From NCBI GenBank assembly GCA_051362555.1, contig CM120642.1:30008001-30072000 (forward strand): 64,000 bases of DNA, given 5' to 3'. The DNA is from Lingula anatina. Taxonomy: Eukaryota; Animalia; Brachiopoda. Below, piece by piece: positions 41,308-54,158 of this stretch. Position numbers and translations under genes: made by a program. Positions within the stretch are counted from its first letter, which is position 1; every line of letters begins with the position of its first letter. Under the pieces are notes generated by a model. It was not told where the DNA came from. It did no database searches and saw only the letters and a program-made list of their open reading frames with translations.

Positions 41308-41636
41308 AAGGTTGAACTCGTTTATCCTGTATTGTTATCTTATCTAGTATGACCCAGCTAGCTGTGCTGAAAGGCAATATGGATGTGAAACTAAAAGTGG
41401 ACAATACGCAGATCAAGGTCAATAAGTTTGTTGATAATGTAATAAAATTCTGAGTTCTACACGAAAAAAAATTACTTGAAATTTGCAAATCTCTTATTTT
41501 CTCAGTAAGGCAATTTGCGTAACGACGAAAGCTAGTTAACCTCTGGTGGTACAATTTAGGCCAATAGACAAAATATCTAGCGGCTTTGTTTGTCTGATGT
41601 AGGTATCAATGTAAAAACAACCGGTGTACCCGTAAA

Positions 41637-43877
41637 AAAATGCCATAAAATCCTTTTTTGGTTAAAAAATGTAATAATCTAAGTTTCCTGCAAGTGAAAT
41701 TAATAGAAAACAACAAAAAACTTATTCATAAATTCCGATTAGGTTCATGTACTGAACATAACCGTTACATTGAATTAAAACATTATAGTATAACACACTA
41801 TCTAATAAGGTGTCAATCTGATAAGAGTGAAGCTTCATTGCAAATCGATTACAAAACAGGTGAATAAAACATGGAAATGTAACTTATCATAGCTAGTTCC
41901 TGACATTTACCTGGCTTTTATCAACACACAGAAGTACAAGATTGAGTACGGTACGCGCTGTCCCCAAATGAAATGATCATCTCACTTACCCAGAGAAATT
42001 GAACGTTATACCCTGTTCTCTATTGTTTCAATTAACCAATGGTTTGCATCTACGTCACTGTTGAAGTAGAGTGTTGTTTACTTTCATAAGTGCCCTTACT
42101 TTTCGATTTTCATACAGTACAAAATGAGTAACTACACCTTTACTTGTTATTATTTTCTCCCCTGTACGATTTACTACGGTATATAACGAAAAAAAATCAA
42201 GTTAATTTCTAGATCTATTCATTAAAGAAGCATATTGAACGCGTAAGTACCGGGGTACGTCAAATCATTGGAACTTAACCCAACTAATAACTAATAATTA
42301 ATTATTATTATTTTTTGTTTAATTTGTGTCGTGTAAGAATCTTTCACTAATAACTTATACATACTAGTATTTATACAGGGCATTATACTAGTACCTTCGT
42401 TTCATATGTATTCTTACATATTTTGTTTCAGAAAAGTTTCTTTAATTTAACAAGATTAATTGGTATTTCTTCTGGACCTAATATTTTATCTTTCAAGAAT
42501 GCACTACCTGCCTGAATAACTAGACAGAAAGAAGAAAATGATTATTTACGCATATTATAAATACAAATAGTGATGCAGAGGCGGATTTGGGGGAGGGGGG
42601 CTGCCAGGGGGTCCTGACCCCCCCCCCTTTGATTTCTCGAATTCTGAAAAAAAAAACACCAATGGTCCCCTCTTGAAATTAGAATTTTGATTAACTGATT
42701 CATACTTCTAAACCGTACCATATGACACCGTTCGCCCTCTAAAACACCAAAAAAATTTCGTGACCCTTTAGCGGGCCCCGAACCCACGCCTTGTGGCATG
42801 ATTTAGGTCAACAAACATAATATTTAGAGGACCCATAAAGATGCCATAAAGATGCCATAAAACCCTATTTTTTGGTTAAAAATTGTAATAATAAAACTTT
42901 TCCGCAAGTGAAAATAAAAGAAATCAACGAAAATTATTCATAAATCCCGATTAGTTATATGTATTGTGCATAACCGTTACATTGAATTAAAACATTATAG
43001 TATAACTCACCATCTATAATTAGGTGTCAATCTCATAAAAGTGAAGCTTCATTGCAAATCGATTTCAAAACAGGTGAAAAAAACGTGGAATTGTAACTTA
43101 TCATAGCTAGTTCCTGACATTTACCTGGCTTTTATCAACACACAGAAGTACAAGATTGAGTACGGTACGCGCTGTCCCCAACTGAAATGATCACCTCACT
43201 TACCCTGAAATATTGAACGTTATACATGTAGGCCTACCCTGTACTCCAGGTCTATTGTTTCAATTAACCAACGGTGTACGTGAAACCCAACAAGGACTTA
43301 TTTCAGTTCACGTTCTTTGACCCAACCATAGAAGTATATACTTACATGACCCAACCAACTGTCCCCATATAACTTCAAACAGAATAACTTAGAGATAAAA
43401 AGCGGGTTCGATGTATTATTTCCCTACAAACTGTTTCCACGGATGTTTTCTGCTTGTCTTCCATAATGCTTTCGGTGCTTTACAGACTAAAGGGAAAATA
43501 AGTAGGTAAAAGCTTGGACCTAAATAGGAAAGGCCTTCTCTCATTATGTCCATGGTAAAAGTAAAGACCAAAAATTTGAAGAAGGTGCAGTTTTTAAGTC
43601 TTTTTAATTTTCATTATTTTATTTTTATTTGTTTTTTATTTTTTTTAATTTCGTTTTTTAATTATTGGTATTTTATACAGGGGATTATACTGTACTTGTG
43701 CATCCTTTTAATATGTATTCTTACATATTTTGTTCCAGAAAGTTTTCTATAGTTTTCCAAGATTGGTAGGGTATTTCTTCTGGGCCTAATAGGCTTACCC
43801 GTATTTTAGGCGCTACCTGCATAATTAGATCTCAGTTAAGGGAGAATATTGTTTATACATATTATAAATACAAATAG
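41637..43877. repeat. Tandem segmental duplication (copy A about 41637-42570, copy B about 42848-43877)
   Basis: 41637-42045 aligns to 42848-43275, including a long identical run TGTAACTTATCATAGCTAGTTCC...GCGCTGTCCCCAA. 42370-42570 aligns to 43672-43877, and both end ATATTATAAATACAAATAG. Confidence 0.92.
42576..42800. mobile_element. Truncated hAT-like MITE at the junction of the duplicated copies
   Basis: Begins CAGAGGCGGATTTGGGGGG...GGGGGTCCTGACCCCCCCC, which resembles hAT-type MITE termini. No matching right TIR was seen. Confidence 0.45.
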
Positions 43878-44609
43878 GGACATGTACACGCTGTATATTG
43901 GCCTGTTCGTTCTAATGTATGTTGTATGTAGAAGTTATAGGCCCTATTACCCAACAATTCCAATGATTTTCCTGGTAAGAAGGTAATAAAAAGGCCTAAA
44001 TAAAACTTTTCACGCATAAATTGTAGAAATCTCTTTTATTTCTTTCACAGTAATATCAGTTCCGCTTCTTTTTTAAATCTGTTTTTGACTTACTGATTAA
44101 ATTACAGACAGAGGGACTTGCTCAAAACACTATGAAACAGTACTTTGTATTACTTTGTAATGATGGTTTGATGATGTCAGATGCACATTTTAACGAAAAA
44201 TGAGCAGTTCTGCATGCACCGTCTACTAGTAGGCCCTCTAGTATGCCCTGGGCAAATTGTTAGATTTTAGCTATTCTAAAAGTGCCATCTGTAAAGAAAT
44301 TGTTTTTTAAGTAAAGACTAGCAGTTAAATGAGCCAAGGATCGACTCATAAACTCCACTTGTGCGAAATGGATTCCAGCTCATGTGGTATTCTTCAAGCA
44401 GTTGTGCATTGGGCTCATATTGACAGGTTAGATGAATTCGAGGCCCTGACCTATCCCAGAATTCCGCATAATCTGCGTGCGCACTTGCAAGAAATCGGAG
44501 CAAAACTCAAATTTACCAAAACAAGTTCACGATTTTTACATTTACGGGGCATCAAGGCATGACAAATGCAATCAGATGACACACATGTATTAGTACGGGT
44601 CTCAAGACA

Positions 44610-47600
44610 ATGTTGAGTGGGCCTTCAAATGCGAAGAAGTCTGCAGTATGCCGCTATTTTGCAAGTACAGGGAGCTGTTTCTACGGTGCTGATTGTCAGT
44701 TTTCGCATGATGCTCCAGATGGCTTACCCGAAAATGTAGGGACAGGCGCGCCATCCACAAAATTTGCTTCGGGCACCGCACCTGATCATCCTCAAGGTAA
44801 AGTCCTGATCGATTTAGATCACTTGCAAATTCCATCTCTAGACCCGTGCATGTCAGGAAAGCGAACAGTCTTCTTGTCTATTATCAAAATAAACTCTGAC
44901 GTTTGTTTGAAATTGAACAATTCTGGCTTACTTTCATCAACAAGTTGTACAGTAGTAATAAATTGTAGTGTAGAAAATCTGTCTTAAAACCGATCTACAT
45001 ACAGTTATTTATATTACCAAATGATAAATGATTGTTTGAACCAATTGCAATCAACAGATCAGCTCAACAGACTTTGGTATTTTTGAAGTTGACAATAAAT
45101 AGACCTCTTCAAAGTCAAAGCCTGGCTTTGTTACTTATGAAGGCCAGTTCACTGGCCAACAGTTGTTTTTGGCCACTTGTATGTGCCGGTTTTAGCCCTT
45201 GCCAAGTAGAGATCTTACAGTATACAAATACAGTTTGAAAAAAAAACAGCATCTAACAGTAAAATTAAATCAACACTCCATGTGATTTTCTCACCATAGT
45301 GAACATCTGGACTCATATTAGTGCCTTGTAAAGCCTCTTACATTTCCCAAGTTAGATTTTAAAGATAATAAAACCCTTATGCTGAAATTTATCTGAAGTA
45401 TACCTTGTGTCAATCTCATTATTTACTTCTCATTGTCCTTGCTGTAGCCATTGCGGCGATGATTGCCAGCTTGCAGTGTTTATATTTTACACCAAACATG
45501 ATCCCAATTCAAAACCGCCCACCTATTCTAGTGTGAAAACGAGACAGATCCCATTATATAATGATTGGCCAGTCAGTATAAACTAAATTATTAGATTAGA
45601 AATGCAATAAAAATTCAAATCCCAAGTTCTGGGATGGGTAAAGTAATAATTTGAAAGTAGGAGAAAATTGCCCTTTACCTTGGCAAAATTCATTTTGGCA
45701 GGAAAATCCCATGGAGTTGGCTTTTATTTAAATTTGTCAATGTTTATTTTGAAACTCATAGTCTGAAATTCCAGGTACTTTGCAGTGGGGGTGAATTTAT
45801 TGAACTGGGTGATTTATATTATTTGATAACTGACGTCCCATGTACTAGACGGCTAAAACCTCTTTGACTATTTCTTTCTAGGTATTGTTGTAGGACGTGA
45901 GGCAAACAATGGAGACCAATATTTCACTGCAACTTTCAATGGTTTTAATGAATTTTCACCATACTCTCAAGTAAGTTCATGTATCAAAAAAGATGCTCTC
46001 TAGGCAAATGATTTTACTGTCCTAGCATGTTCAGAGATTTTAATTATGTTTATAAAATTATATTATATATATATAACAAATAGATATTTGTGTAGCAAAT
46101 TGACTCAATGCCAAAGACAAGTTGGCATTTTATCAGTTTATCTAACTGCAAATGATTATTAATATATAAGAAAATTGGGTATGTACAGTATATCAGTGAA
46201 GTGTTTTGTAGAGAGACTGAGGAATTTGCAAAGTATGGGGCTTTTATCTTACTTAAAGCTTGCAAAACAAATTTAATTAATTACGTCATTATTTAACAGT
46301 GAGAAAAATGATAATTTAAAAAAATGTTATCATGCTTCCGTTGTTTAGATCAGAAAAATTTTAAAGAAACACATATGGTCCTTATCTGGTGAAATAGAAA
46401 CACATGGCGTTGTTTTTGCTGTATGATGCTGTTTTTATTACAGAGAACTAACAGTGGTGGCCGCGGGGTAGGGATGCAGGACCCCTCACCCTCAGGCCCT
46501 CCTGGTGTGGACCACCTTAGCTCTGGCTTCTCTGCACTCAATATTGAGCATTCTAAGACTGTAAGTTTAAAAACATAATCAGGATACTACTGAAATTTGG
46601 CGTGAATTCATAATTTCTTCAACGCTGATGTTTTACTAAGATCATTTAAGTTTTTGGCACTGACTGTGCACAGATTCCTTGATGTTGAGTAACAAGTATA
46701 TCAGACATCTTCAAAAAAAAAAAAAAAAAGATAAAATGGAGCATTAGAAATGACTTTCTGTTAGTAGCAGCTGTCTATTTGCCAGGTTTGCTGTCTAGTT
46801 AAATAACAAAGCTCCTGCATTTCTGTTGTAGGAGCTGAAGCCAGGTGCCAGTGAGTTTATTCCTAAGAGTTCGGGTACTCTGACCCACAGTGCCAGTGTC
46901 CCCTCCTTCCCTGACTATGGAGTCGGTCCGTTCAAGCCGGGCATGCCACCCGCTTCCATGGCAGCTCAGGTCATGCAACAGCAAGGTATGAATGAATGGG
47001 AGGTCAAGGAAATAGTTGGCCATTTGTGGTGGTAGGTGTTGGGGTAGGGGTGGATAAACATTACAGGAAGACCATTATTTTGCAGCAGTGTGTCCATTGT
47101 TATAAAGGCTGAAACATGCACAGAAAGCAATGACATAACAATGGTTACACAGTTTTTAGGTCTGCTATTTTTGCTGATAACAGCTTGGAAGATATAAATC
47201 TTGGGGGTTAGGGAATTCTTAATATCACAAAGCATTTTACTTTGTTTTGCTTTTTATGTGCTCTGTGCAACCACATGTTATAGTAATGAGGTAAATTGTT
47301 ACAATTATATTGCTTTGTGCAAAGTTCACTATTTAATTGTTCCCCACACTAATATATTTCATATATTTACCTTGACTGTTTAGTTTACATAACTACATAT
47401 TAAAAACATAATGTAAGCTTTATAGTTTCCTTATTTTTTTCCTGCCCATATTTTTATTTAATACTGGCAATGCTATACTAACAGCATGATCTTACATTTA
47501 ACTGTCATAGCACTTGCTAACATTTAAAATTAAGTATCTTCCATATTCTTCCTACATTATTTCCAAATAGTTAAAATTCTGATTTTGCCAAAGTGGCTTT

Positions 47601-50600
47601 ATCAGATAATCATGCTAGATGTGGCTTGTGTCTCTGTGTAGCTGTCTGTCTCTAACTGTAGTTTCTCTCCAACAAAGCACTGTCATACTACTTAACGCAG
47701 GTCACTCGTTGTCTGCAGGGCCGAGTCCAGCGCACACACCAACGCATTCACCCTTGCTCAGCCGGAGGAGCAAGTCGCCACTGGTGCAATTGAACACTTC
47801 TGTAGCGACATCCAATGCAGAAGGTTCAGGAACTCCCTTGCAGCTACAGGTGGGTGTTTTATTTCATTGTTTTTATTATACAGGTAGTAGTTGCTTATAG
47901 ATTTGAGATTTAATCCGTGTCTTTTAACCAGGTAATAGAGTGTTGATTTGCAAGTATTTGAATTGCTAAAATCACAGTGAATAGAAACCAGAGCTCGAGC
48001 ATATAATTAGTAGGTAACTGTATATGTAGTAAAATGAAAGAAAAAGGTTTTATTTCCTTTGTTTGATAGTGCATAAGAGGTTTTTGTATATGATACAAGT
48101 GAGAAAATATATTAAATCCCTAAAAATTGAAAAAAAGAAGACTGAAACAAAGATTTAGGAATTTTTTTTTATTTGTCTGCAATTCTCAAACTTGTTGAAA
48201 GGTAGTGGAGACAGGATATGGTAGTTAAAATGATCACTGTGGACTTTTTTTAGCAGCAACTATTTTTCTGTGCTGGACAATTTCTGTTTTTTTCCCTAGG
48301 AGAATGTAGGGGGCACCACCTATTTTTATACCCATGATGAGGCAGTGGCCAATCAACAGAGATTGGTAGGTTTATGTAAAACAAAATACTACTGGTAGGC
48401 TATGTAAAACAAACTATCCATTTGCTTGGTTTATGTAAAACAATTTGTTACTGTTAGATTTATCTAAAACAATTTGCTATTGGTTTGCTAGGTTTATGTA
48501 AAACTATTTACTTTTGGTAGGTTTATGTTTACGAAACAGTTAACTGTCACTGGTTTAGAAGTTTGAAGCACACTATTTTTGGTGAATGAGTGTCTGTATC
48601 TGTTAAAAGTGGTTAGGATGGATAATTAGACAAGTGCTTTATTTTTGGGGTGAGTGGCTGTGTGTGTGTGTGGGGGGTGGGGGTGGGGGGCTGTTATGTT
48701 TTTATTAAAGCTTTCTGGGTGTTAATTGTATGTAAAACATTGGTACAATATTATTTCTTTGTTAACAAGCCAGATAACAGCAATTGCTTAAAACTTTGCA
48801 GGCATTTCCAAGCTACAGTGAGTATGCCAGTGTGCCTCCTCACATTGCCCACATGAAACTCAAGTCTAACATGCCCTCCTTCTTCATGCCTGATGAGATC
48901 AAGATGGTGAGTTGACCAGTGTATTCAAAAGACATTAAATGTGGCTTATGTCTCAGGGTCGGGAGTTGTCATCTTTTTTTTTTTTTAGGAATTGCCTGTT
49001 TTTTGTTTTTTTTTTTTTCATGTATAAGATGGTTAACAAAATTGCTGGGTTTTATACTTATTGTTCAAAAGGGGGTCTATTCAGGAAAAGGGGATGCATT
49101 GATCGAAGCATTTCCCATGTCTATTGCTGATTCCTTGATGCCAGAGATTAGAGCACTGAGGTTAAGTCTGATTATATAAAATTATTGATTTTTGCCTTAC
49201 AGGAATTGTTGAACAAACAGGCAGTGACTTTGTGTCAAGTAGAGGGGGCGTTAGGTAGGTGACTATAGCTGTAGTAGAACTCACTTCTTAAAATGAGACA
49301 TGATGTCAATTAGTGAAATAATGAATTTTAGTTTAATCTTTTTTTTTTATCCATGAATGCTGTAATAAAAAACCAGAATACATGTTTGAGGATCAAATGT
49401 AAACTGATCAATGCATGGAAGAAAATGAACTATTTTGTGTGCTCAAAAGAGAATTTGGAAAGTTTATGTGTTTTGTGTGACTTGCAAACACACACAAGCA
49501 CACTCACACACACAAGCACAACACATTTATCTATTTCCGTGCCTGATGAGATATGACTTAAATGATCAATATTGCCTCTCCCCTTTAGATCTCCCTGCAG
49601 AGGTGGACAAGTACCATAACCTGGTTCCCCTGGAACCCCCTGCCATCAGCCCCATGCAAAAGTCCAGTACCTTTGGCTACCCTACCTCCTGTTACAAGGC
49701 CGTGAACACGGAGGATGGACTCACCTACTGTCTGAGGAGGATACATGGTGGGTCGGCTCAGCTTTCTTTTAGGGATCGCTCCCAATGAAACTGGTTCTAT
49801 GTAGATCAATCCAACTCCATGGGGACTCTTGCTGTGTGCAATCAGCTTCATAGATTAACGCGTCTTTTTCTGGCGTTCAGAAGAATACAGAAAATCTGGT
49901 GGTTATACATGAACGTTGGATAGATCTATGTAGAACAATAGTTTCATCGGGAATGAGCCCCTTTCTTGCAAGGTTGCTGAAATTATTGGTTGTTGTGTGA
50001 ATTTCTGGTTCAGCCAGTAGCGAAGGAAAAAATGAAGATTAAAGAAAATCCTTTATTCATTAAGTTGGCATACAACTATTCATCTTATGAAACTAGACCC
50101 TGAGCGTGCTGTGTTACAGTGATAACGTGTGTGGTGTGTGCTTTTCATCATTTGCTGTTTTATTTGTGTTGCAGGCTTCCGCCACATTCACCCCCGGTGT
50201 TTGGAGTTGATAGATAAGTGGAAGAAGATCCAGCACTCCAACATGGTGTGCCTCAGAGAAGTGTTCACTACCAAATCTTTTGGGGACCACTGTAAGTAGT
50301 ATAGAAATATCATATGATTTTATATATTAGATACAGTTACAATTACTAATGATTGCAATTGTCATTGGAGCTTAAATCAGAGTCCTTGCTATTCATTACT
50401 ACTTGGAAGTTATTCTAGAAAATTGTCAAACAGGAAGATTTTTAATTATTAATGGTTTTGATAATCAGATACTTCTCAGTGATTTTGATTAATATTCAAT
50501 TTTATTTCATCTTCATTATATAACAGTGAATCAAGAAATGTTATTAACCATGTTTTACAGCCATGGTGTTTGTATATGACTACTATCCGAGGTCAGAGAC

Positions 50601-53600
50601 TTTGATGTCACGGCACTTCAGCGCACCTCCAATGTTGAATGGGTATGCAAACCCATACAACCTAGATGGCGCTGCTAGGCCTTTCAGCGCGGGTAAAGGT
50701 GAGAGCAGTTTATTACAAGTTAAATTTTGAAAAATATATAAATTGAGATGCATATGTCTATCATTTATGAAAAAAGAAGAACGCCATTTCAGTAATTGTA
50801 ATGAAACTGCATGTAGTTCAGGCAATAATTGCTAGTGTTAAAACTTAAAAGTTTTCTGGTTTGGTTAAAGCCCCAATATTTCATATTTATTCTTAACCTT
50901 TTTGACTATTTCCTGATTTATCTTGTAGGGTTAAATGGACCTCGTCAGCATGCAGGCCTCCTCCCAGAGAGCTTGATCTGGTCTTATGTGGTCCAGCTGA
51001 GCTCTGCATTACGGACCATCCACACACAGGGGCTGGCGTGCCGCGTGATGGACCCGACCAAGATACTTATTGTGGACAAAACCAGGTACGTGAATTCTGG
51101 ATGATGTATTTGAGGGATTAGAGCAATTAAAAATTTCTACAGGTATGCATATTTTTAAAAAAATCATTTATTTATTTATTCTTTTATTTTTTGGGTAAAA
51201 GAAATTTTCTTTAGTTATTGGCATAATAACCAAGCTTTTTCTTTAGTTATTGGCATAATAACCAAGCTCACTTCAGCTGGATAAAATTACACATGGGATT
51301 TTCTTAATGTTTGTCAGAAGCACAGTTATGATGACTCTTGTTCCAAGGGTATTTCAGTTTAATCCATTTATTTTATTTTGACTAGAACTTCTTTTGTTAC
51401 ATATTCAACTTTTTATCTTGAGCTTAAAGTAAATTAAGAATACTGCAAAGACATGAGCCTTAAGAGGTGTGACAATGAACGAAACCATTTCATGAAACAG
51501 TCATTTCCATGGAGATAAAACCTGTTTTAAATCCCAGATTTTGTTTCCAGGTTACGTTTGAACTGTGTGGGGATCTTTGACGTGTTGAGTTTTGATCCCA
51601 ATCAGGCCAACCCCATGGCCATGATGCCCCACTATCAGGTAACACACAAGTTTGATATGCATACTGAACTACAAATATAGGTGTAGGGATGAGTTTCAGA
51701 CTTAATGGTTTATATGTTGTTCTAAATGTGTGGTGCACAAGGCAAGGTAAACACTTGTGATGCACTTTCACATTTTATCCAGTATTGTCAAGAAATACCT
51801 GAAATGTTGCATTGTTGATTACAAAAAAAAAAGTGCATCACGCTTATGCAATGTTGAATTTCCTTATCAGACTGTGTAGTTTCACTGTCAAGTAAGATAC
51901 ACACACATGTTGGCAGAGGACTGCCTTAGCATGAAACTTGAATAATTCCATGCTCTGGAATATTGTTTTATTACAAGTGTTATACCTGCTCAGTGTTAAT
52001 AATGATTATCAAGGGTTTTCTCTCTCTGTGTGTTACAGCAAGAAGACCTGGTGTCTCTGGGCAAGGTGGTGCTGGCCCTGGCCTGTAACTCTGTCATTGG
52101 CATTCAGAGAGAACACATACAGACATCCATGGAACTGGTGGCAAGAAACTATTCTGCAGATCTGAAAAACCTCATACTGTAAGGGGTCTTCCATTTTTAT
52201 CATCATTTTCACGTCTACAAAGAGGGTGTATTAACCCCCTCCCCCAGCGTACAGTTTGTAGACTTGTGACGATGATGATAGATGGGGAGTTTTGTTTGTG
52301 GGAATTGCTAGTAAAAGGCAGATCTCAATACATTCAGGATATGTAGAAATAAGAAGATTCAGGTTAGATGTATTATTATCCAGGGGTGGGCATTGTATTC
52401 ATGTAGATGAAAACTTATCATTGTATTATTTATAAGTTTTACATACACTTAGTCAAGGCACACTGTTTCTTCTTTTGTGTCTCAGGTATTTGCTGACCAA
52501 CCAGAATCGCATGCGCAGTGTGAATGACATTATGCCAATGATTGGTGCCAGGTTCTACACACAGCTGGATGCCGCCCAGTTGAGAAATGACGTCTTGGAG
52601 AATGAACTCTCCAAGGTAAGAAGAGGCTGTCTTACTTACACTGATGAGACCTTTCCGATTTTTGTTGGAATTCTGACTTTTTCAGGGTCATTTGGGTAAT
52701 AATTGTGAATCGTGTACCCTGTACCCCCCGCCAATTTTCCTACTTTTTCAGTGAGGACTGGTCTCATCCCTGTACTTACATTAGAAAATTAGGTTTTCAT
52801 TGAACAATGATGCTGTTGCACTTAAATGTTAAGCTCATTCTTTCATTGGTAAATATTTAAATTGGTGTGCTTTGTCTTTTCTCTGTTCTGGAATACAAAC
52901 CCAACAAACAAATTTACAAAATCATACATATGTTATACCTTAATGAGCTTGTGAGCTTTTCTTTTGTTGGATGCTTATTTAGTTTTACAAAGATCATTTT
53001 ATTATTACTTCCAGGAAGTTGAAAATGGCAGACTGTTCAGACTTTTGTGCAAGCTTGGTTTGATAAATGAAAGACCAGAGTGAGTATTTACAGATTGGTT
53101 TGCTTGAGTGTAACTTTGTCTTAAAGATACTAGATAACTTGAGAATTATATTAAGTAAAAATGAAGAAGAAAAGTAATAAACCCTGTTGGTAATGCATTC
53201 TTGAATTAAAATAGATAAATAAATAAACTGATAATGTAATTTCTGTGTGAAAGGATTTACAGAAAGAAACAATTACATTTCTTTTATGCCTCCAGGTTTC
53301 ACTTGGATCCTGCATGGTCAGAAACAGGAGACAGATACATGCTGAAGTTGTTCAGAGACTTCCTGTTTCACCAAGTGGATGAAAACAGCCAGCCTTGGAT
53401 TGATCTGGCACATGTCGTGCAATGTCTGAACAAGGTAAGATGGCACACCTGGGCATGTGCACGGGTCCTGTGTAAAATTCTGTGCTAGGAGTCCTCGGGA
53501 CTTGTAGTATGTCAATTTGGGGATTTCAAGGGTTTCACTGGAAAGCACTGCAGTAAAATAAAAACTGTTGCACAGTAGTTTCTAGATTGTCTCAAAAATG

Positions 53601-54158
53601 GCTTAGATTTCCTGGACTAAGCTATTTGATAATGGACTTTTAACATTGTGTTAGTGGCTGTGTAATGGAGAGTTTAACCATTCAGAAAAAAAACCTGTAG
53701 TCGGAAATTCGTGTCATATTTTCTCAATAAGATTGTTGAATTCAAATGTGTTTTGTTAAATGCCTATGATTAAATTACGTATAATAAAATGCATGTGCCA
53801 CTCCTGCATATTCCATGTATATCGCTGTCCTCTCCATTTTCAGCTTGATGCTGGAGTTCCAGAAAAGATCTGCCTGATGTCCCGTGATGAGCAGAGTGTC
53901 ATTGTCGTCACATATGCAGAATTAAAGAGGTGCGTGGAGTCTGCCTTCAATGAGCTGCTGGCGCCATCAGCAACCCAGGTGGAAGGTGGTGCTCAGCATG
54001 CCAGCATGGTACCACCTCAAGGCGCCGCTCAGCCTGGCATGGCTGCCATCACAGGGATGCATCCTGGGATGCCAGTGTCCCATGGTGGGATGCCAGGTGC
54101 AGCTGGGATGCCAGGAGCAGCAGGGATGCCGGGACCTATGATGCCAGGGATGTCTTAG
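44610..54158 (+). CDS. PAN3: PAN2-PAN3 deadenylation complex subunit PAN3, about 788 aa, 18 coding exons
   Basis: Exons 44610-44796, 45882-45970, 46444-46560, 46832-46985, 47701-47849, 48300-48365, 48802-48906, 49203-49254, 49589-49747, 50175-50291, 50561-50698, 50929-51085, 51551-51638, 52039-52178, 52486-52615, 53015-53079, 53296-53434 and 53844-54158 (2367 nt, continuous frame). Motifs: CCCH zinc finger [20 protein letters not shown]; PAM2 [12 protein letters not shown]; [10 protein letters not shown]; pseudokinase [46 protein letters not shown]; coiled coil/knob [50 protein letters not shown]. Confidence 0.98.
48366..48530. repeat. Degenerate tandem repeat of about 30 bp at the start of PAN3 intron 6
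   Basis: About 6 copies of (G)GTAGGTTTATGTAAAACAA.. beginning exactly at the donor site. Confidence 0.75.
49772..49961. mobile_element. Harbinger/Tourist-like MITE in PAN3 intron 9
   Basis: Imperfect TIRs of about 45 bp: GGGATCGCTCCCAATGAAACTGGTTCTATGTAGATCAATCCAAC and GTTGGATAGATCTATGTAGAACAATAGTTTCATCGGGAATGAGCCCC. Flanks are TTA and TTT. Confidence 0.7.
52190..52286. repeat. Imperfect inverted repeat (hairpin) just after the PAN3 exon 14 donor
   Basis: CCATTTTTATCATCATTTTCACGTCTACAAA pairs with TTTGTAGACTTGTGACGATGATGATAGATGG. Confidence 0.65.
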
